From the NCBI GenBank assembly GCA_019120235.1, contig DWVN01000037.1, forward strand, positions 800-32,799: a stretch of DNA of 32,000 nucleotides, written 5' to 3'. The translations under genes were made by a program, and so were the position numbers. The DNA comes from Candidatus Dwaynesavagella gallinarum. Its GTDB lineage: Bacteria > Bacillota > Clostridia > Clostridiales > Clostridiaceae. The notes below the pieces were generated by a model. That model made no database searches. It had not been told where the DNA came from and saw nothing but the letters and a program-made list of their open reading frames with translations. Below are positions 16,178-25,850 of this stretch, piece by piece (position 1 is the stretch's first letter; each line of letters opens with the position of its first letter).

Positions 16178-16192
16178 TTTAAAAAATGATTT

Positions 16193-16230
16193 AAAATACT
16201 TCACTTTAAATTTTAGAGTGAAGTATTTTT
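16193..16230 (+). terminator. Perfect 13-bp hairpin plus T-run between the promoter and the ileS RBS (terminator or attenuator)
   Basis: AAAATACTTCACT (16193-16205), an 11-nt loop, AGTGAAGTATTTT (16217-16229), then T. It could terminate the upstream small-gene cluster, attenuate ileS, or both. Confidence 0.55.
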
Positions 16231-16266
16231 AGTTTCTAGGGAGAAATTAATTTGTTGGAGGAGTTT

Positions 16267-19200
16267 ATGTATAAAAAAGTTGATTCTAGTGTTTCTATGA
16301 GTGAAATAGATAAAAATATACTCGATTTTTGGGGAAAAAATAATATTGTAAGTAAAAATTTTGCATTAAATGAAGATGGTGAGTATTTTAGTTTTTATGA
16401 TGGTCCACCAACAGCTAATGGAAAGCCTCATATAGGTCATGTTATAACTCGTGTTATTAAGGATATAATTCCAAGATACAAAGTTATGAAAGGATATAAA
16501 GTTTTAAGAAAAGCAGGATGGGATACTCATGGTCTTCCTGTAGAGCTTGAAATTGAGAAAAAATTAAAAATATCTGGTAAAAAAGAAATTGAAGAATTTG
16601 GTGTTAGTAAATTTGTAAATGAATGTAAAGATAACGTTTTTAAATATGTTGAGATGTGGGAAGAGATGTCTAAAAAAATTGGATATTGGGTTGATATGGA
16701 GAATCCATATGTAACATATCACAACAATTATATAGAATCTGTTTGGTGGGCATTTAAGAAAATGTGGGAGAAAGATTTGCTTTATAAAGGTCATAAAATT
16801 CTTCCTTATTGCTCAAGATGTGGAACTGGTCTTTCCTCACATGAGGTTGCCCAAGGATATAAAGACGTTAAAGATAATACTGTTGTTGTTAAATTTAAAG
16901 TTAAAGGATTTGAAAATAAATACATTTTAGCTTGGACAACTACTCCTTGGACTCTTCCTTCAAATACTGCTCTTGCTATTAATAAATCTTACACTTATGT
17001 TGAAATTAAAGTGGAAGATGAAATTTTTATTTTAGCTAAGGATTTAATAAAGGTTTTAGGAGATATAGAATATGAAATTCTAAAAGAGTTTAAAGGGGAA
17101 GAAATTTTAAATTTTGAATATGAACAATTATTTTCTTATATAAAACCAGAGGGAAAAGGTTTTTATGTAGTTCATGGTGATTATGTAACTTTATCTGATG
17201 GTACTGGTATTGTACATATTGCGCCTGCTTTTGGTGAAGATGATAATAAACTTGGAAAAAAATATAATTTACCTTTTATAAATCCTGTAGATCTTCAAGG
17301 GAAATTTATAGATGAAATAACAGATTTCAAAGGTATGTTTGTAAAAGATTGTGATTTAAAAATTATAAAACTATTAGAAGACAAAAATAGTTTATTTAAA
17401 TCTGAAAAATATACTCACTCATACCCACATTGCTGGAGATGCGATACTCCACTTCTTTATTATCCAAAAGATAGTTGGTATGTTAAAACTACTGCTATTA
17501 GAGAAAATCTTTTGAAAAATAATAATGAGGTTTCTTGGTATCCTGATAATATTAGAACTGGAAGATTTGGAAAATTTTTAGAAAATGTAATAGATTGGAG
17601 TATTTCAAGGGATAGATATTGGGGAACTCCTCTTCCTATTTGGGAATGTAAATGCTCACATAGAGAATGTATTGGTTCTATCTCTGAGCTTAAAGAAAAG
17701 GGAATAAATGTTCCGGAAGATATTGAACTTCATAAACCATTTATTGATAATGTAAAACTTAAGTGTGAAAAATGTGGCGGTGAAATGGAGAGAACTAAAG
17801 AAGTTGTTGACTGTTGGTTTGACTCTGGAAGCATGCCCTTTGCACAATATCATTATCCTTTTGAAAATAAAGAATTATTTGAGAAAAATTTTCCAGCACA
17901 GTTTATATCAGAAGCTGTTGACCAAACAAGAGGATGGTTTTATACATTAATGGCTATTTCTACTGCGATTTTTGATAAAAGTCCTTTTGAAAATTGTATA
18001 GTTTTAGGTCATGTTCTAGATAAACATGGTAAAAAAATGTCAAAACATTTAGGAAATGTTGTAGATCCAAATGAAGTTATAGATTCTTTGGGAGCAGATG
18101 CTGTTAGATGGCATTTTTATACATCAAGTTATCCATGGCTTCCATCTAGATTTTCAGAAGATGATGTAAAAGAAGTTCATAGAAGATTTTTATCAACTTA
18201 TTGGAATGTTTATTCTTTTTACGTTTTGTATGCTAATTTAGATAAATTTGATCCTTCAAAACATAGAGATTTTAAAATTGTAAGCATTATGGATAAATGG
18301 ATATTATCTAAATTAAATACTTTGATTAAAGAGGTAGATTCTTTACTTGAATCTTATAAAATAACAAATGCTGCATTTAAAATTGAAACTTTTGTTGATG
18401 AGCTTTCAAATTGGTATGTTAGACGTAATAGATCCAGATATTGGATAGGTGGTGTAGATGAGGATAAAATAAGTGCATTTATGACTCTCTATATAGTTTT
18501 GGTTGATTTATCAAAATTATTGTCTCCATTTATTCCATTTATTACAGAAGAGATTTATCAAAATCTTGTTGTTAATATTGATAAAAATTCTCCAGAAAGT
18601 ATACATTTATGTAAATTTCCAATATGTAATGAAAATTTAATTGATAAAGATCTTGAAAAACATATGGATTTGGCTTATAAAATTGTAAAACTTGGAAGAA
18701 GTGCGAGAAATAATGCTAATATAAAAAATAGACAACCGCTTTATAAAATATTAGTTAGTGGGGAAAATTTAGAAATATATTATCATTCCATTATAAAAGA
18801 AGAATTGAATGTTAAAGAAATTGAATTTAATGCCGATATAAGCAAGTATGTTAATTTTGATATTAAACCTAATTTACCTATAATAGGTAAGGCTTATGGA
18901 AAACATATACCGACTATACGTAAATTTTTAAATGAAAGTGATCAAATGGATCTTGCTTTGAAATTAAATAAAGGTGAAAGTGTAGAGTTAAATCTAGGAG
19001 AAGAAAGTATTTTACTTAGTAAAGAAAATTTATTAATAAATATGAATGGACTTGAAGGGTATGCTTTTTCTGGAGAAGGATCTATAGGAGTTATACTTGA
19101 TACGAGTATAGATGAAACTTTGAAAGAAGAAGGATTTGTTAGAGAAATTATAAGTAAAATTCAAAATCTAAGAAAAGAAAAACGTTTTGAAGTAAGTGAT

Positions 19201-19377
19201 AAAATAAGAATTTATATAAAAAATAGTGAAAGTTTAATTAATGTCATTGAAAAGTATAAGGATAATATAAAAAAGGAAACTTTAACAGTTGATATATTAT
19301 TTGAAGAAAACAATTTAAATTATATTGATTTAAATATAAATGGAGAAATATTGACGTTAGATATTTTGAAAATATAA
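16267..19377 (+). CDS. ileS: Isoleucyl-tRNA synthetase (type 2, about 1036 aa)
   Basis: [13 protein letters not shown] (HIGH) and KMSKHLGN (KMSKS). Editing-domain block [11 protein letters not shown]. Zinc-knuckle-like CWRCDTP and CEKCGG. ATG 16267 follows GGAGGAG; the track's TTG 16252 overlaps the RBS. Confidence 0.9.
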   Translation: MYKKVDSSVSMSEIDKNILDFWGKNNIVSKNFALNEDGEYFSFYDGPPTANGKPHIGHVITRVIKDIIPRYKVMKGYKVLRKAGWDTHGLPVELEIEKKLKISGKKEIEEFGVSKFVNECKDNVFKYVEMWEEMSKKIGYWVDMENPYVTYHNNYIESVWWAFKKMWEKDLLYKGHKILPYCSRCGTGLSSHEVAQGYKDVKDNTVVVKFKVKGFENKYILAWTTTPWTLPSNTALAINKSYTYVEIKVEDEIFILAKDLIKVLGDIEYEILKEFKGEEILNFEYEQLFSYIKPEGKGFYVVHGDYVTLSDGTGIVHIAPAFGEDDNKLGKKYNLPFINPVDLQGKFIDEITDFKGMFVKDCDLKIIKLLEDKNSLFKSEKYTHSYPHCWRCDTPLLYYPKDSWYVKTTAIRENLLKNNNEVSWYPDNIRTGRFGKFLENVIDWSISRDRYWGTPLPIWECKCSHRECIGSISELKEKGINVPEDIELHKPFIDNVKLKCEKCGGEMERTKEVVDCWFDSGSMPFAQYHYPFENKELFEKNFPAQFISEAVDQTRGWFYTLMAISTAIFDKSPFENCIVLGHVLDKHGKKMSKHLGNVVDPNEVIDSLGADAVRWHFYTSSYPWLPSRFSEDDVKEVHRRFLSTYWNVYSFYVLYANLDKFDPSKHRDFKIVSIMDKWILSKLNTLIKEVDSLLESYKITNAAFKIETFVDELSNWYVRRNRSRYWIGGVDEDKISAFMTLYIVLVDLSKLLSPFIPFITEEIYQNLVVNIDKNSPESIHLCKFPICNENLIDKDLEKHMDLAYKIVKLGRSARNNANIKNRQPLYKILVSGENLEIYYHSIIKEELNVKEIEFNADISKYVNFDIKPNLPIIGKAYGKHIPTIRKFLNESDQMDLALKLNKGESVELNLGEESILLSKENLLINMNGLEGYAFSGEGSIGVILDTSIDETLKEEGFVREIISKIQNLRKEKRFEVSDKIRIYIKNSESLINVIEKYKDNIKKETLTVDILFEENNLNYIDLNINGEILTLDILKI

Positions 19378-19420
19378 AATTTTAAGAGAGGAGCAGTTAC
19401 TAAGTGTAGCAAATGTAGTT

Positions 19421-20419
19421 ATGGCTATTTCGATTAAAGATGTTGCAAGAGAAGCAAAAGTATCCATTGCAACTGTGTCTAGGGTTTTAAATGGAATTGA
19501 AGTTGTAAATGAAGAAACACAGAAAAGAGTTAGAGATGCTGTTGAGAAATTAGGGTATAGACCTAATATTATAGCTAGAAGTTTAAAGACTCAAAGAACA
19601 AGAACTATTGGTATTTTAATTCCTGATATTTCGAATTCTTTATACCCAGAGATAGTACGTGGGATTGAAGATGTTGCAAATATTTATAATTATAATATAA
19701 TTTTGTGTAATTCAGATTTGAATCTTGATAAAGAGAAAGAATATGTATATATACTAAAAGAAAAGATGGTAGATGGTTTACTTTTTATGAGTAATTCGTT
19801 AGATGAAGATGTTTTAAGTATTATACAAAAACTTAACATGAAAACTGTTTTAATTGAAACAAAGGTTGATAATAAAAATATTCCAAATATTACAATAAAC
19901 AATGTAGAAGCAGCTAAAGAGGCTGTTAATAAACTTATTTCAAATAAAAGAGATAGGATTTTGTATATAGGAGATCATAAAGATGTTTTAAATGCTTCTG
20001 CTTATAGATTTAAGGGATATACAGAAGCTTTACTTGAAAATAATTTAAAGATTTTAGATGAGCTTGTTTGTTTTTGTAAGCCGTTTTTAAACAATGGATA
20101 TGATTATGTACAAAAGAAGATATCTCAAGGTATTAATTTTAACGGAGTATTTTGTACGTGTGATGAATTAGCTATGGGAGCAATAAATGCTTTAAGAGAT
20201 AATAATATTAAAGTTCCAGAGGATTGTGAAGTTATAGGATTTAATAATACTTTAATGTCATCAGTATTTTACCCTAAATTAACAACAGTTGATCCTTTAA
20301 GTTATGATTTAGGATCAATAGGTATGAGAATGCTTTTAAAAATTATTAATAATGAGCATGTTGATAATTTAAATTACGTAGTATCACATAATTTAATAGA
20401 GAGAGAGAGCACAAGGTAA
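19421..20419 (+). CDS. LacI/GalR family transcriptional regulator
   Basis: N-terminal HTH ISIKDVAREAKVSIATVSRVLNG, YRPNIIARSLK, and a periplasmic-binding-protein-like C-terminal domain. 332 aa. I cannot tell whether it is CcpA. Confidence 0.8.
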   Translation: MAISIKDVAREAKVSIATVSRVLNGIEVVNEETQKRVRDAVEKLGYRPNIIARSLKTQRTRTIGILIPDISNSLYPEIVRGIEDVANIYNYNIILCNSDLNLDKEKEYVYILKEKMVDGLLFMSNSLDEDVLSIIQKLNMKTVLIETKVDNKNIPNITINNVEAAKEAVNKLISNKRDRILYIGDHKDVLNASAYRFKGYTEALLENNLKILDELVCFCKPFLNNGYDYVQKKISQGINFNGVFCTCDELAMGAINALRDNNIKVPEDCEVIGFNNTLMSSVFYPKLTTVDPLSYDLGSIGMRMLLKIINNEHVDNLNYVVSHNLIERESTR

Positions 20420-20435
20420 TTGTGCTCTTTTTTTC
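20406..20435 (+). terminator. Intrinsic terminator after the LacI-family gene
   Basis: AGAGCACAA (20406-20414), loop GGTAA, TTGTGCTCT (20420-20428), then a T-run. It overlaps the stop codon. Confidence 0.7.
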
Positions 20436-20499
20436 TTTTTTAACATAAAAAGAGAATAAGAAAAATAAAATTATCTTAAAAGTTATTTGGGGTGATTAT

Positions 20500-21072
20500 T
20501 TGATAAATTATATTTGGTTTTTTATGATAGGATCTGGATTAATTGTTTCTTTAATTAATGGAAGTGGAGAAAAAATTACTAAAGCTATAACTGATTCAAC
20601 TTCTTCTACTGTAACATTTGTAATTTCTTTAGTGGGTATTATGTGTTTATGGTGTGGAATCATGAAAATTGCAGAAGAAAGTGGTCTTACAAATAAAATT
20701 TCTAAAATTTTAAAACCAATTTTAAAAATTTTATTTAAAGAAAAGAATAATGAAAAGGTTATGGGACCTGTGGTTATGAATTTAACTGCTAATATTTTAG
20801 GACTTGGAAATGCAGCAACTCCATTTGGTATAAAAGCTATGGAGGAACTTGATGTTGTTAATGAAAAAAAGGGGATTGCTTCTAATGATATGGCGCTTTT
20901 TTTAGTGTTAAATGCCAATTGTATTCAATTATTTCCAACAACAATTTTATCTATTAGAGCTATTGAGGGGTCTTCTAATCATGGAGTAGTTATGGTTGGA
21001 ATTATTACTACAACTTTTTTAACCAGTATAATTTCAGTTATTATTTGTAAAATTCTTCAAAGAATTTTTTAA
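20500..21072 (+). CDS. spmA: Spore maturation protein A-like (nucleoside-recognition-domain membrane protein)
   Basis: The N-terminus MINYIWFFMIGSGLIV and ...NLTANILGLGNAATPFGIKAM... are typical of SpmA. TTG start after GGGGTGA. Paired with spmB 14 nt downstream. Confidence 0.75.
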   Translation: MINYIWFFMIGSGLIVSLINGSGEKITKAITDSTSSTVTFVISLVGIMCLWCGIMKIAEESGLTNKISKILKPILKILFKEKNNEKVMGPVVMNLTANILGLGNAATPFGIKAMEELDVVNEKKGIASNDMALFLVLNANCIQLFPTTILSIRAIEGSSNHGVVMVGIITTTFLTSIISVIICKILQRIF

Positions 21073-21086
21073 TTGGAGGTGAGAAA

Positions 21087-21611
21087 ATGTCATTAATATC
21101 ATCTTCATTTATTCCAATTATTATTTTGTTTATAGTAAGTTATGGTGTGTTTAAGAAAGTTAAGGTTTATGAAGTATTTGTTGAAGGAGCTAAAGATGGG
21201 CTTAAAATATGTAAAAATATTTTTCCTTATCTTTTATGTATGCTTTTAGCTATAAAAGTTTTTAGAGAATCTGGCATACTTGAGTACATAATTAATTTTA
21301 TTGAACCGTTTACAAATGTTTTGGGAGTACCAAAAGAAGTTATAACTCAAATTTTTATAAAACCTTTATCAGGTAGTGGAGCACTTGGAATTTTTACAGA
21401 TAATATAAAGAATTTTGGTCCAGATTCATTTTTAGGTGTATTATCTTCTGTTTTAATGGGATCTACTGAAACTATATTTTATACTATTGCTCTTTATTTT
21501 GGGACGGTAAAAATAAAAAAAATAAGACATACACTTTGGACTGCTATTTTATCTGAAATAATTGGAGTTATACTCGCTATAAATATTACAAAAATAATAT
21601 TTTTTAATTAA
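21087..21611 (+). CDS. spmB: Spore maturation protein B-like membrane protein
   Basis: VYEVFVEGAKDGLKICKNIFPYLLCMLLAIKVFRESG and KPLSGSGALG follow the SpmB pattern. GGAGGTGAG RBS. Confidence 0.75.
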   Translation: MSLISSSFIPIIILFIVSYGVFKKVKVYEVFVEGAKDGLKICKNIFPYLLCMLLAIKVFRESGILEYIINFIEPFTNVLGVPKEVITQIFIKPLSGSGALGIFTDNIKNFGPDSFLGVLSSVLMGSTETIFYTIALYFGTVKIKKIRHTLWTAILSEIIGVILAINITKIIFFN

Positions 21612-21700
21612 CATAAAAAATAAATAAAATGAATAAATTTTTATTAAGGTTTTTTAATATATTATACGAAGGAGAATTAATTTAAGGAGTTGTATTCTTC

Positions 21701-21898
21701 TTGAGAATAGTAAAAGGTTTTTTAATGATAGTCGGTTTACTTACATGTTTTATAGGAGTTGAACCAGTACAACAATTTTTAACAAGTGGAAGAGAATTAC
21801 TTGTTACATTTATTATAAAAATATTTCAAACTACAATATCATGTTTTATATTAATGTCTTTTGTATCATTTAGTATGAGAAGAGTATTAGGAGTTTGA
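21701..21898 (+). CDS. Small hypothetical membrane protein (65 aa; start uncertain)
   Basis: Two hydrophobic segments (MIVGLLTCFIGV, ISCFILMSFVSF). TTG 21701 lies 11 nt after AAGGAG; ATG 21725 is the alternative. Its stop is 1 nt before the next ATG, consistent with translational coupling. Confidence 0.4.
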   Translation: MRIVKGFLMIVGLLTCFIGVEPVQQFLTSGRELLVTFIIKIFQTTISCFILMSFVSFSMRRVLGV

Positions 21899-21899
21899 T

Positions 21900-22550
21900 A
21901 TGAATAATAGTGGATTACAAGTAATTAAAAATGAAAATTTTAATGTGCATTCAAGAATAAATGGTGAACAATCAAAGAAGAAAAAATATTTAATAAGATT
22001 TACGATTTTTATAATTCTATCTCTTACTATATTTGGTGGAATATTTTTTATTAAAGATAAATTTGAAAATGTTAAGAGTTTTGAAGAAAATCTAAATTTT
22101 CAAAAACAAAAACTGGCAGAAGAAAGACTTTCTATGGAAAAAACTTTTAAAGAAGAAAATGACAAACTTTTGAAATTACAACTTGAATATGAAGAGAAGA
22201 ATAAGCAATTAAATGAAACTTTAAACTTTCTTAAGGTTAAGGAAGAAACTTTAGATTCTGAAATTTTAAAAGTTGAAGAACTTAAAGAACTATTAAAAAA
22301 ACAACTTGTTGATATATATGGTTTAAATATAGATAGGAAATATGATAATAAAACTGTTGAAAATGATGAAACAAAAAATTCTAGTAGTGGTTTATTAGAA
22401 GAAGAAAATGGAAATGAAGCTATACATACAAGTATAATGGCTGGAGAGGATAAGGCAGATGATAAAGTTATTGATCAGGAAAAAATGCTTAGTATTGCAA
22501 ATGCAGATTGGTTTATAAAATTTGATTCTCTAGGAAAGTTTAGTTATTAA
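21900..22550 (+). CDS. Hypothetical bitopic membrane protein with long coiled-coil and acidic tail
   Basis: AGGAG RBS. TM helix YLIRFTIFIILSLTIFGGIFFI, followed by an approximately 100-aa heptad-like K/E/L-rich stretch (EENLNFQKQKLAEERLSMEKTFKEENDKLLKLQLEYEEKNKQLNETLNFLKVKEETLDSEILKVEELKELLKKQL). I recognise no family. Confidence 0.55.
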   Translation: MNNSGLQVIKNENFNVHSRINGEQSKKKKYLIRFTIFIILSLTIFGGIFFIKDKFENVKSFEENLNFQKQKLAEERLSMEKTFKEENDKLLKLQLEYEEKNKQLNETLNFLKVKEETLDSEILKVEELKELLKKQLVDIYGLNIDRKYDNKTVENDETKNSSSGLLEEENGNEAIHTSIMAGEDKADDKVIDQEKMLSIANADWFIKFDSLGKFSY

Positions 22551-22567
22551 TATTTAAGGTGGTTTGT

Positions 22568-22696
22568 ATGATATCTTTAAGAGATATAAAAAACGATATA
22601 GAACAAGGGTTGCGTGAAATGAGTGCAAAGGAAAGGCTTCAATTTTATGTAACAGTAGGTATTGGATTGTTTTTTATATTAGCAGTTATATTTTAA
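22568..22696 (+). CDS. Small (42 aa) C-terminally anchored peptide
   Basis: Below the track cutoff. AAGGTGG RBS 6 nt before the ATG. Translation: MISLRDIKNDIEQGLREMSAKERLQFYVTVGIGLFFILAVIF. The terminator begins at its stop codon. Confidence 0.35.
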   Translation: MISLRDIKNDIEQGLREMSAKERLQFYVTVGIGLFFILAVIF

Positions 22697-22723
22697 AAAG
22701 GCATAGGTTTTTCTATGCCTTTT
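22695..22723. terminator. Bidirectional terminator between the + strand small ORFs and minus-strand folE
   Basis: AAAAAGGCATAG, loop GTTTTT, CTATGCCTTTT (stem core 22700-22706 pairing with 22713-22719), with A-run and T-run flanks. Confidence 0.7.
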
Positions 22724-23252
22724 ATTTTTTGTATACAAATTCTGTTTCTGTATAAGAACTGGTTTTTGAAATTCCTCTCATAGTCATACACATATGAGAT
22801 GCTTTTATATGAACTTTTACATAATCGCAATTTAAATATTTAACTATTGTTTCCCCTATTTGCTTAGTTAATTTTTCTTGAACTTGGAGTCTTTTTGAAA
22901 AGGCGTTTACTAGTCTACCGAATTTTGATAATCCTAGTATTTCTTCTTTTGGAATATATTCAATGTTAACGTGTCCAAAAAATGGTAGAAGATGATGTTC
23001 GCATAATGAAAAAAATTCAATTGAATTAATTTTTACGATATCCTTTGAATGATTATGTAATTTGAATTTTTTACTCATTATTTCTTCAATATTTTCATTA
23101 TATCCATTTAAAATTTCCCTAAGTGATTTTGAAACTCTTTTTGGAGTATCTATTAAGCCTTCTCTATTTAAATCTTCTCCAATTTCTTTTAATATGGTTT
23201 TAACCGCATTTTCTAAATTTATGTTTTTATCCAAATAATCACCTCTAATCAA
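22722..23252 (-). CDS. folE: GTP cyclohydrolase I
   Basis: EGLIDTPKRVSKSL, SLCEHHLLPFFG and HMCMTMRG are FolE type I motifs. The TTG start overlaps the queD stop by 8 nt. Confidence 0.85.
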   Translation of the reverse strand: MIRGDYLDKNINLENAVKTILKEIGEDLNREGLIDTPKRVSKSLREILNGYNENIEEIMSKKFKLHNHSKDIVKINSIEFFSLCEHHLLPFFGHVNIEYIPKEEILGLSKFGRLVNAFSKRLQVQEKLTKQIGETIVKYLNCDYVKVHIKASHMCMTMRGISKTSSYTETEFVYKK

Positions 23253-23577
23253 TTTCGTATATTGCTAAATTATTTTCAGTTTCATAAACTTCAACTTTAT
23301 AACAATTAGTAATTTCATGACATATCCATCTTGCTAAATTTTCAGCTGTAGGATGGAAGTTTAAAACTTCATTTATATTTTTGTGATCTAGTTTATTATG
23401 TATTTTAGATTTTATCTCTTTAAAATCTACAACCATATCATTTTTATTTAAATTTTTAGATTTACAGTGAATGTATATTACGTAGTTATGTCCATGAAGA
23501 TTGTTACAAGGTGTCTCGTAAGGAAGATTTAAATTATGGGAACAAGATAACATAATTCGTTTTCTTACGTAAAACAT
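23245..23577 (-). CDS. queD: 6-carboxy-5,6,7,8-tetrahydropterin synthase (6-pyruvoyl-tetrahydropterin synthase family)
   Basis: 110 aa. CSHNLNLPYETPCNNLHGHNY (the Cys...HGH zinc and catalytic pattern of the QueD/PTPS family) and PTAENLARWI. GGAGG RBS. Directly coupled to folE. Confidence 0.75.
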   Translation of the reverse strand: MFYVRKRIMLSCSHNLNLPYETPCNNLHGHNYVIYIHCKSKNLNKNDMVVDFKEIKSKIHNKLDHKNINEVLNFHPTAENLARWICHEITNCYKVEVYETENNLAIYEID

Positions 23578-23623
23578 TTTAATACCTCCTTTAGTTTATA
23601 TTATAAAAAAATATTTTAAGACA

Positions 23624-23632
23624 TGCTATAAT
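23624..23632 (+). promoter_or_regulatory. Extended -10 promoter element (TGCTATAAT) upstream of kbl
   Basis: TGnTATAAT match 44 nt upstream of ATG 23676. Confidence 0.4.
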
Positions 23633-23675
23633 GTAATAGTATTTAGTTAACAGTAAAAATTTGGAGGATAATTTT

Positions 23676-24866
23676 ATGTCAAATAAAACTCTTAATTTAT
23701 TTTTGGAAGATTCTTTAAATTCTTTGAAAAAAGATGGATTATACAATGAGATACAAATTTTAAATGGTTCAAATGAAAGTGTAATAAATATAGATGGGAA
23801 AAAATTTATAAATTTATCATCAAATAACTATTTGGGATTTACAACTCACAAAACTATAATGGAAAAATCTATAGAAGCTATAGAAAAATATGGTGTTGGT
23901 GCTGGTGCTGTTAGAACTATAAATGGAACACTTTTAATTCATGATAAGCTTGAAAAAGAAATTGCAAATTTTAAAGGAACAGAAGATGCGATTGCATTTC
24001 AATCTGGTTTTAATTGTAATATAGGAGTTATTTCTTCTGTTATGATGAAAGGAGATTGTATATTTTCAGATGAATTAAATCATGCATCGATTATAGATGG
24101 TTGTAGGTTATCTGGTGCTAAAATTGTAAGATATAAACACAATGATATGAAAGATTTAGAGGAAAAAATATTAGAAGTAAAAAATAGTTTTGATTTTAAC
24201 AAAGGTATGATTATAACAGATGGAGTTTTTTCTATGGATGGAGATGTTGTAAACTTACCTGAACTTGTTAAAGTTGCTGAAAAATATGATTTAATAACTT
24301 ATGTTGATGATTCCCATGGAACAGGAGTTATGGGAAATGGTGCTGGTACTTGTAAGCATTTTTCACTTCAAGATAAAATTGATTTTCAAATGGGAACATT
24401 ATCTAAAGCAATAGGTGTTGTTGGAGGGTATGTTGCTGGAAGTAAACTTTTAATAGATTATTTAAAAGTTAAGGCTAGACCATTTTTATTTTCTACATCT
24501 TTAACACCAGCTAGTGCAGCTGCAGCACTTGAAGCTATAAGAATATTAAATTTTAGTATTGAACCAGTACAAAGGCTTTGGGAAAATGGAAATTATTTTA
24601 AAAGAGGACTTAAAAATTTAGGATTTAATATAGGAAAAAGTGAGACTCCTATAACTCCATGTATAATAGGTGATGAAAATAAAACTCAAGCCTTTTCTAA
24701 GAAATTATTTGAAAATGGAGTTTATGCTAAAGCTATAGTTTTTCCAACTGTTTCAAAAGGAACTGGAAGAATAAGAAATATGCCTACAGCTCAGCATTCT
24801 AAAGATATTTTAGATGAAGCTTTAAGTATATATGAGAAAATTGGAAAAGAATTAGAAGTTATATAA
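23676..24866 (+). CDS. kbl: 2-amino-3-ketobutyrate CoA ligase (glycine C-acetyltransferase), alpha-oxoamine synthase family
   Basis: PLP-enzyme blocks [26 protein letters not shown] and the lysine motif GTLSKAIG. Adjacent to an SDR-type threonine dehydrogenase. ATG 23676 after GGAGGA is preferred to TTG 23661. BioF cannot be excluded on motifs alone; the gene context favours Kbl. Confidence 0.75.
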   Translation: MSNKTLNLFLEDSLNSLKKDGLYNEIQILNGSNESVINIDGKKFINLSSNNYLGFTTHKTIMEKSIEAIEKYGVGAGAVRTINGTLLIHDKLEKEIANFKGTEDAIAFQSGFNCNIGVISSVMMKGDCIFSDELNHASIIDGCRLSGAKIVRYKHNDMKDLEEKILEVKNSFDFNKGMIITDGVFSMDGDVVNLPELVKVAEKYDLITYVDDSHGTGVMGNGAGTCKHFSLQDKIDFQMGTLSKAIGVVGGYVAGSKLLIDYLKVKARPFLFSTSLTPASAAAALEAIRILNFSIEPVQRLWENGNYFKRGLKNLGFNIGKSETPITPCIIGDENKTQAFSKKLFENGVYAKAIVFPTVSKGTGRIRNMPTAQHSKDILDEALSIYEKIGKELEVI

Positions 24867-24891
24867 ATTTACATTATGGAAGGTTTTAAAA

Positions 24892-25839
24892 ATGAAAAAA
24901 ATATTAATTACTGGATCTCTTGGACAAATTGGAAGTGAATTAACTCTTAAACTAAGAAAAGAATATGGAATTTCTAATGTTATTTCAACTGATATTAAAA
25001 GTGTAGATAATGAAATTACAGGTGATGGGATTTTTCATATTTTGGATGTTTTAGATGGAGATAAAATTTTTGAAGTATCTAAAAAATATGGAGTTGATAC
25101 TATAATACATCTTGCAGCCCTTTTATCTGCAAATGGGGAGAAAAATCCTAAAAATACTTGGAACATTAATATGGGAAGTATTTTAAACTGTTTAGAAGTT
25201 TGCCGTGAACTGAACTTAAAATTATTTGTTCCAAGCTCCATAGCTGTATTTGGAAATACAACTCCTAAAGATAATACGCCTCAAAATACTATTATGAAAC
25301 CAAATACTATGTATGGTATTACAAAAGTTTCAGGAGAACTTCTTTGTGATTATTATTTTGAAAAATTTGGTGTAGACGCAAGAGGTGTTCGTTTTCCAGG
25401 ACTTATTTCTTATATGACTCTTCCTGGAGGAGGAACTACGGATTATGCTGTTGAAATTTATTATAAGGCTATTTGTGATAAAAAATATAAATGTTATATA
25501 GATGAAAATACTTATATGGATATGATGTATATGCCAGATGCATTAAATTCTATAGTAAGTTTAATGGAAGCAGATAAAGGAAAGCTTATAAATAGAAATG
25601 CTTACAATATTAGCTCTATGAGTTTTTCTCCAAAAGAAATTTATAGCGAAATTAAAAAGCACATTAAAGATTTTGAAATTGAGTATGAAGTAGATCCTGT
25701 TAGACAAAAAATTGCAGAGAGTTGGCCAAACTCTATTGATAGTTCTTGTGCAAAGGATGAATGGGGATTTAAATTTGAGTATGATTTAAATAAAATGACA
25801 ATTGATATGATTGATAAAATTTCTAAGAAAATTAAATAA
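24892..25839 (+). CDS. tdh: L-threonine 3-dehydrogenase, NAD-dependent epimerase/dehydratase (extended SDR) type
   Basis: Rossmann motif ILITGSLGQIGSEL and catalytic YGITK (YxxxK). 315 aa. Immediately downstream of kbl, the classic kbl-tdh pairing. Confidence 0.7.
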   Translation: MKKILITGSLGQIGSELTLKLRKEYGISNVISTDIKSVDNEITGDGIFHILDVLDGDKIFEVSKKYGVDTIIHLAALLSANGEKNPKNTWNINMGSILNCLEVCRELNLKLFVPSSIAVFGNTTPKDNTPQNTIMKPNTMYGITKVSGELLCDYYFEKFGVDARGVRFPGLISYMTLPGGGTTDYAVEIYYKAICDKKYKCYIDENTYMDMMYMPDALNSIVSLMEADKGKLINRNAYNISSMSFSPKEIYSEIKKHIKDFEIEYEVDPVRQKIAESWPNSIDSSCAKDEWGFKFEYDLNKMTIDMIDKISKKIK

Positions 25840-25850
25840 GGAGGGAATTT

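Noticed and set aside
16564-17950. Three short ORFs (16564-16794 minus, 17656-17853 minus, 17765-17950 plus, out of frame)
   Set aside because: All lie inside ileS, which has continuous class-I synthetase motifs. They have no RBS and their translations are compositionally odd. They are shadow ORFs.
19690-19902. 70-aa minus-strand ORF
   Set aside because: Antisense to the LacI-family gene. Hydrophobic low-complexity shadow ORF with no RBS.
20508-20918. 136-aa minus-strand ORF
   Set aside because: Antisense to spmA, whose + strand product matches the SpmA pattern from the first residues (MINYIW...). Shadow ORF.
23581-23604. A-rich tail AUAAACUAAAGGAGG upstream of queD (minus strand), reminiscent of the 3' tail of preQ1-I riboswitches
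   Set aside because: There is no preceding G/C-containing P1 hairpin or conserved loop (…CCC…) as in known preQ1-I aptamers. The match is just an A-rich spacer plus the RBS. An Rfam scan would settle it.
25035-25241. 68-aa minus-strand ORF
   Set aside because: Antisense to tdh (Rossmann and YxxxK motifs on the + strand). Shadow ORF.
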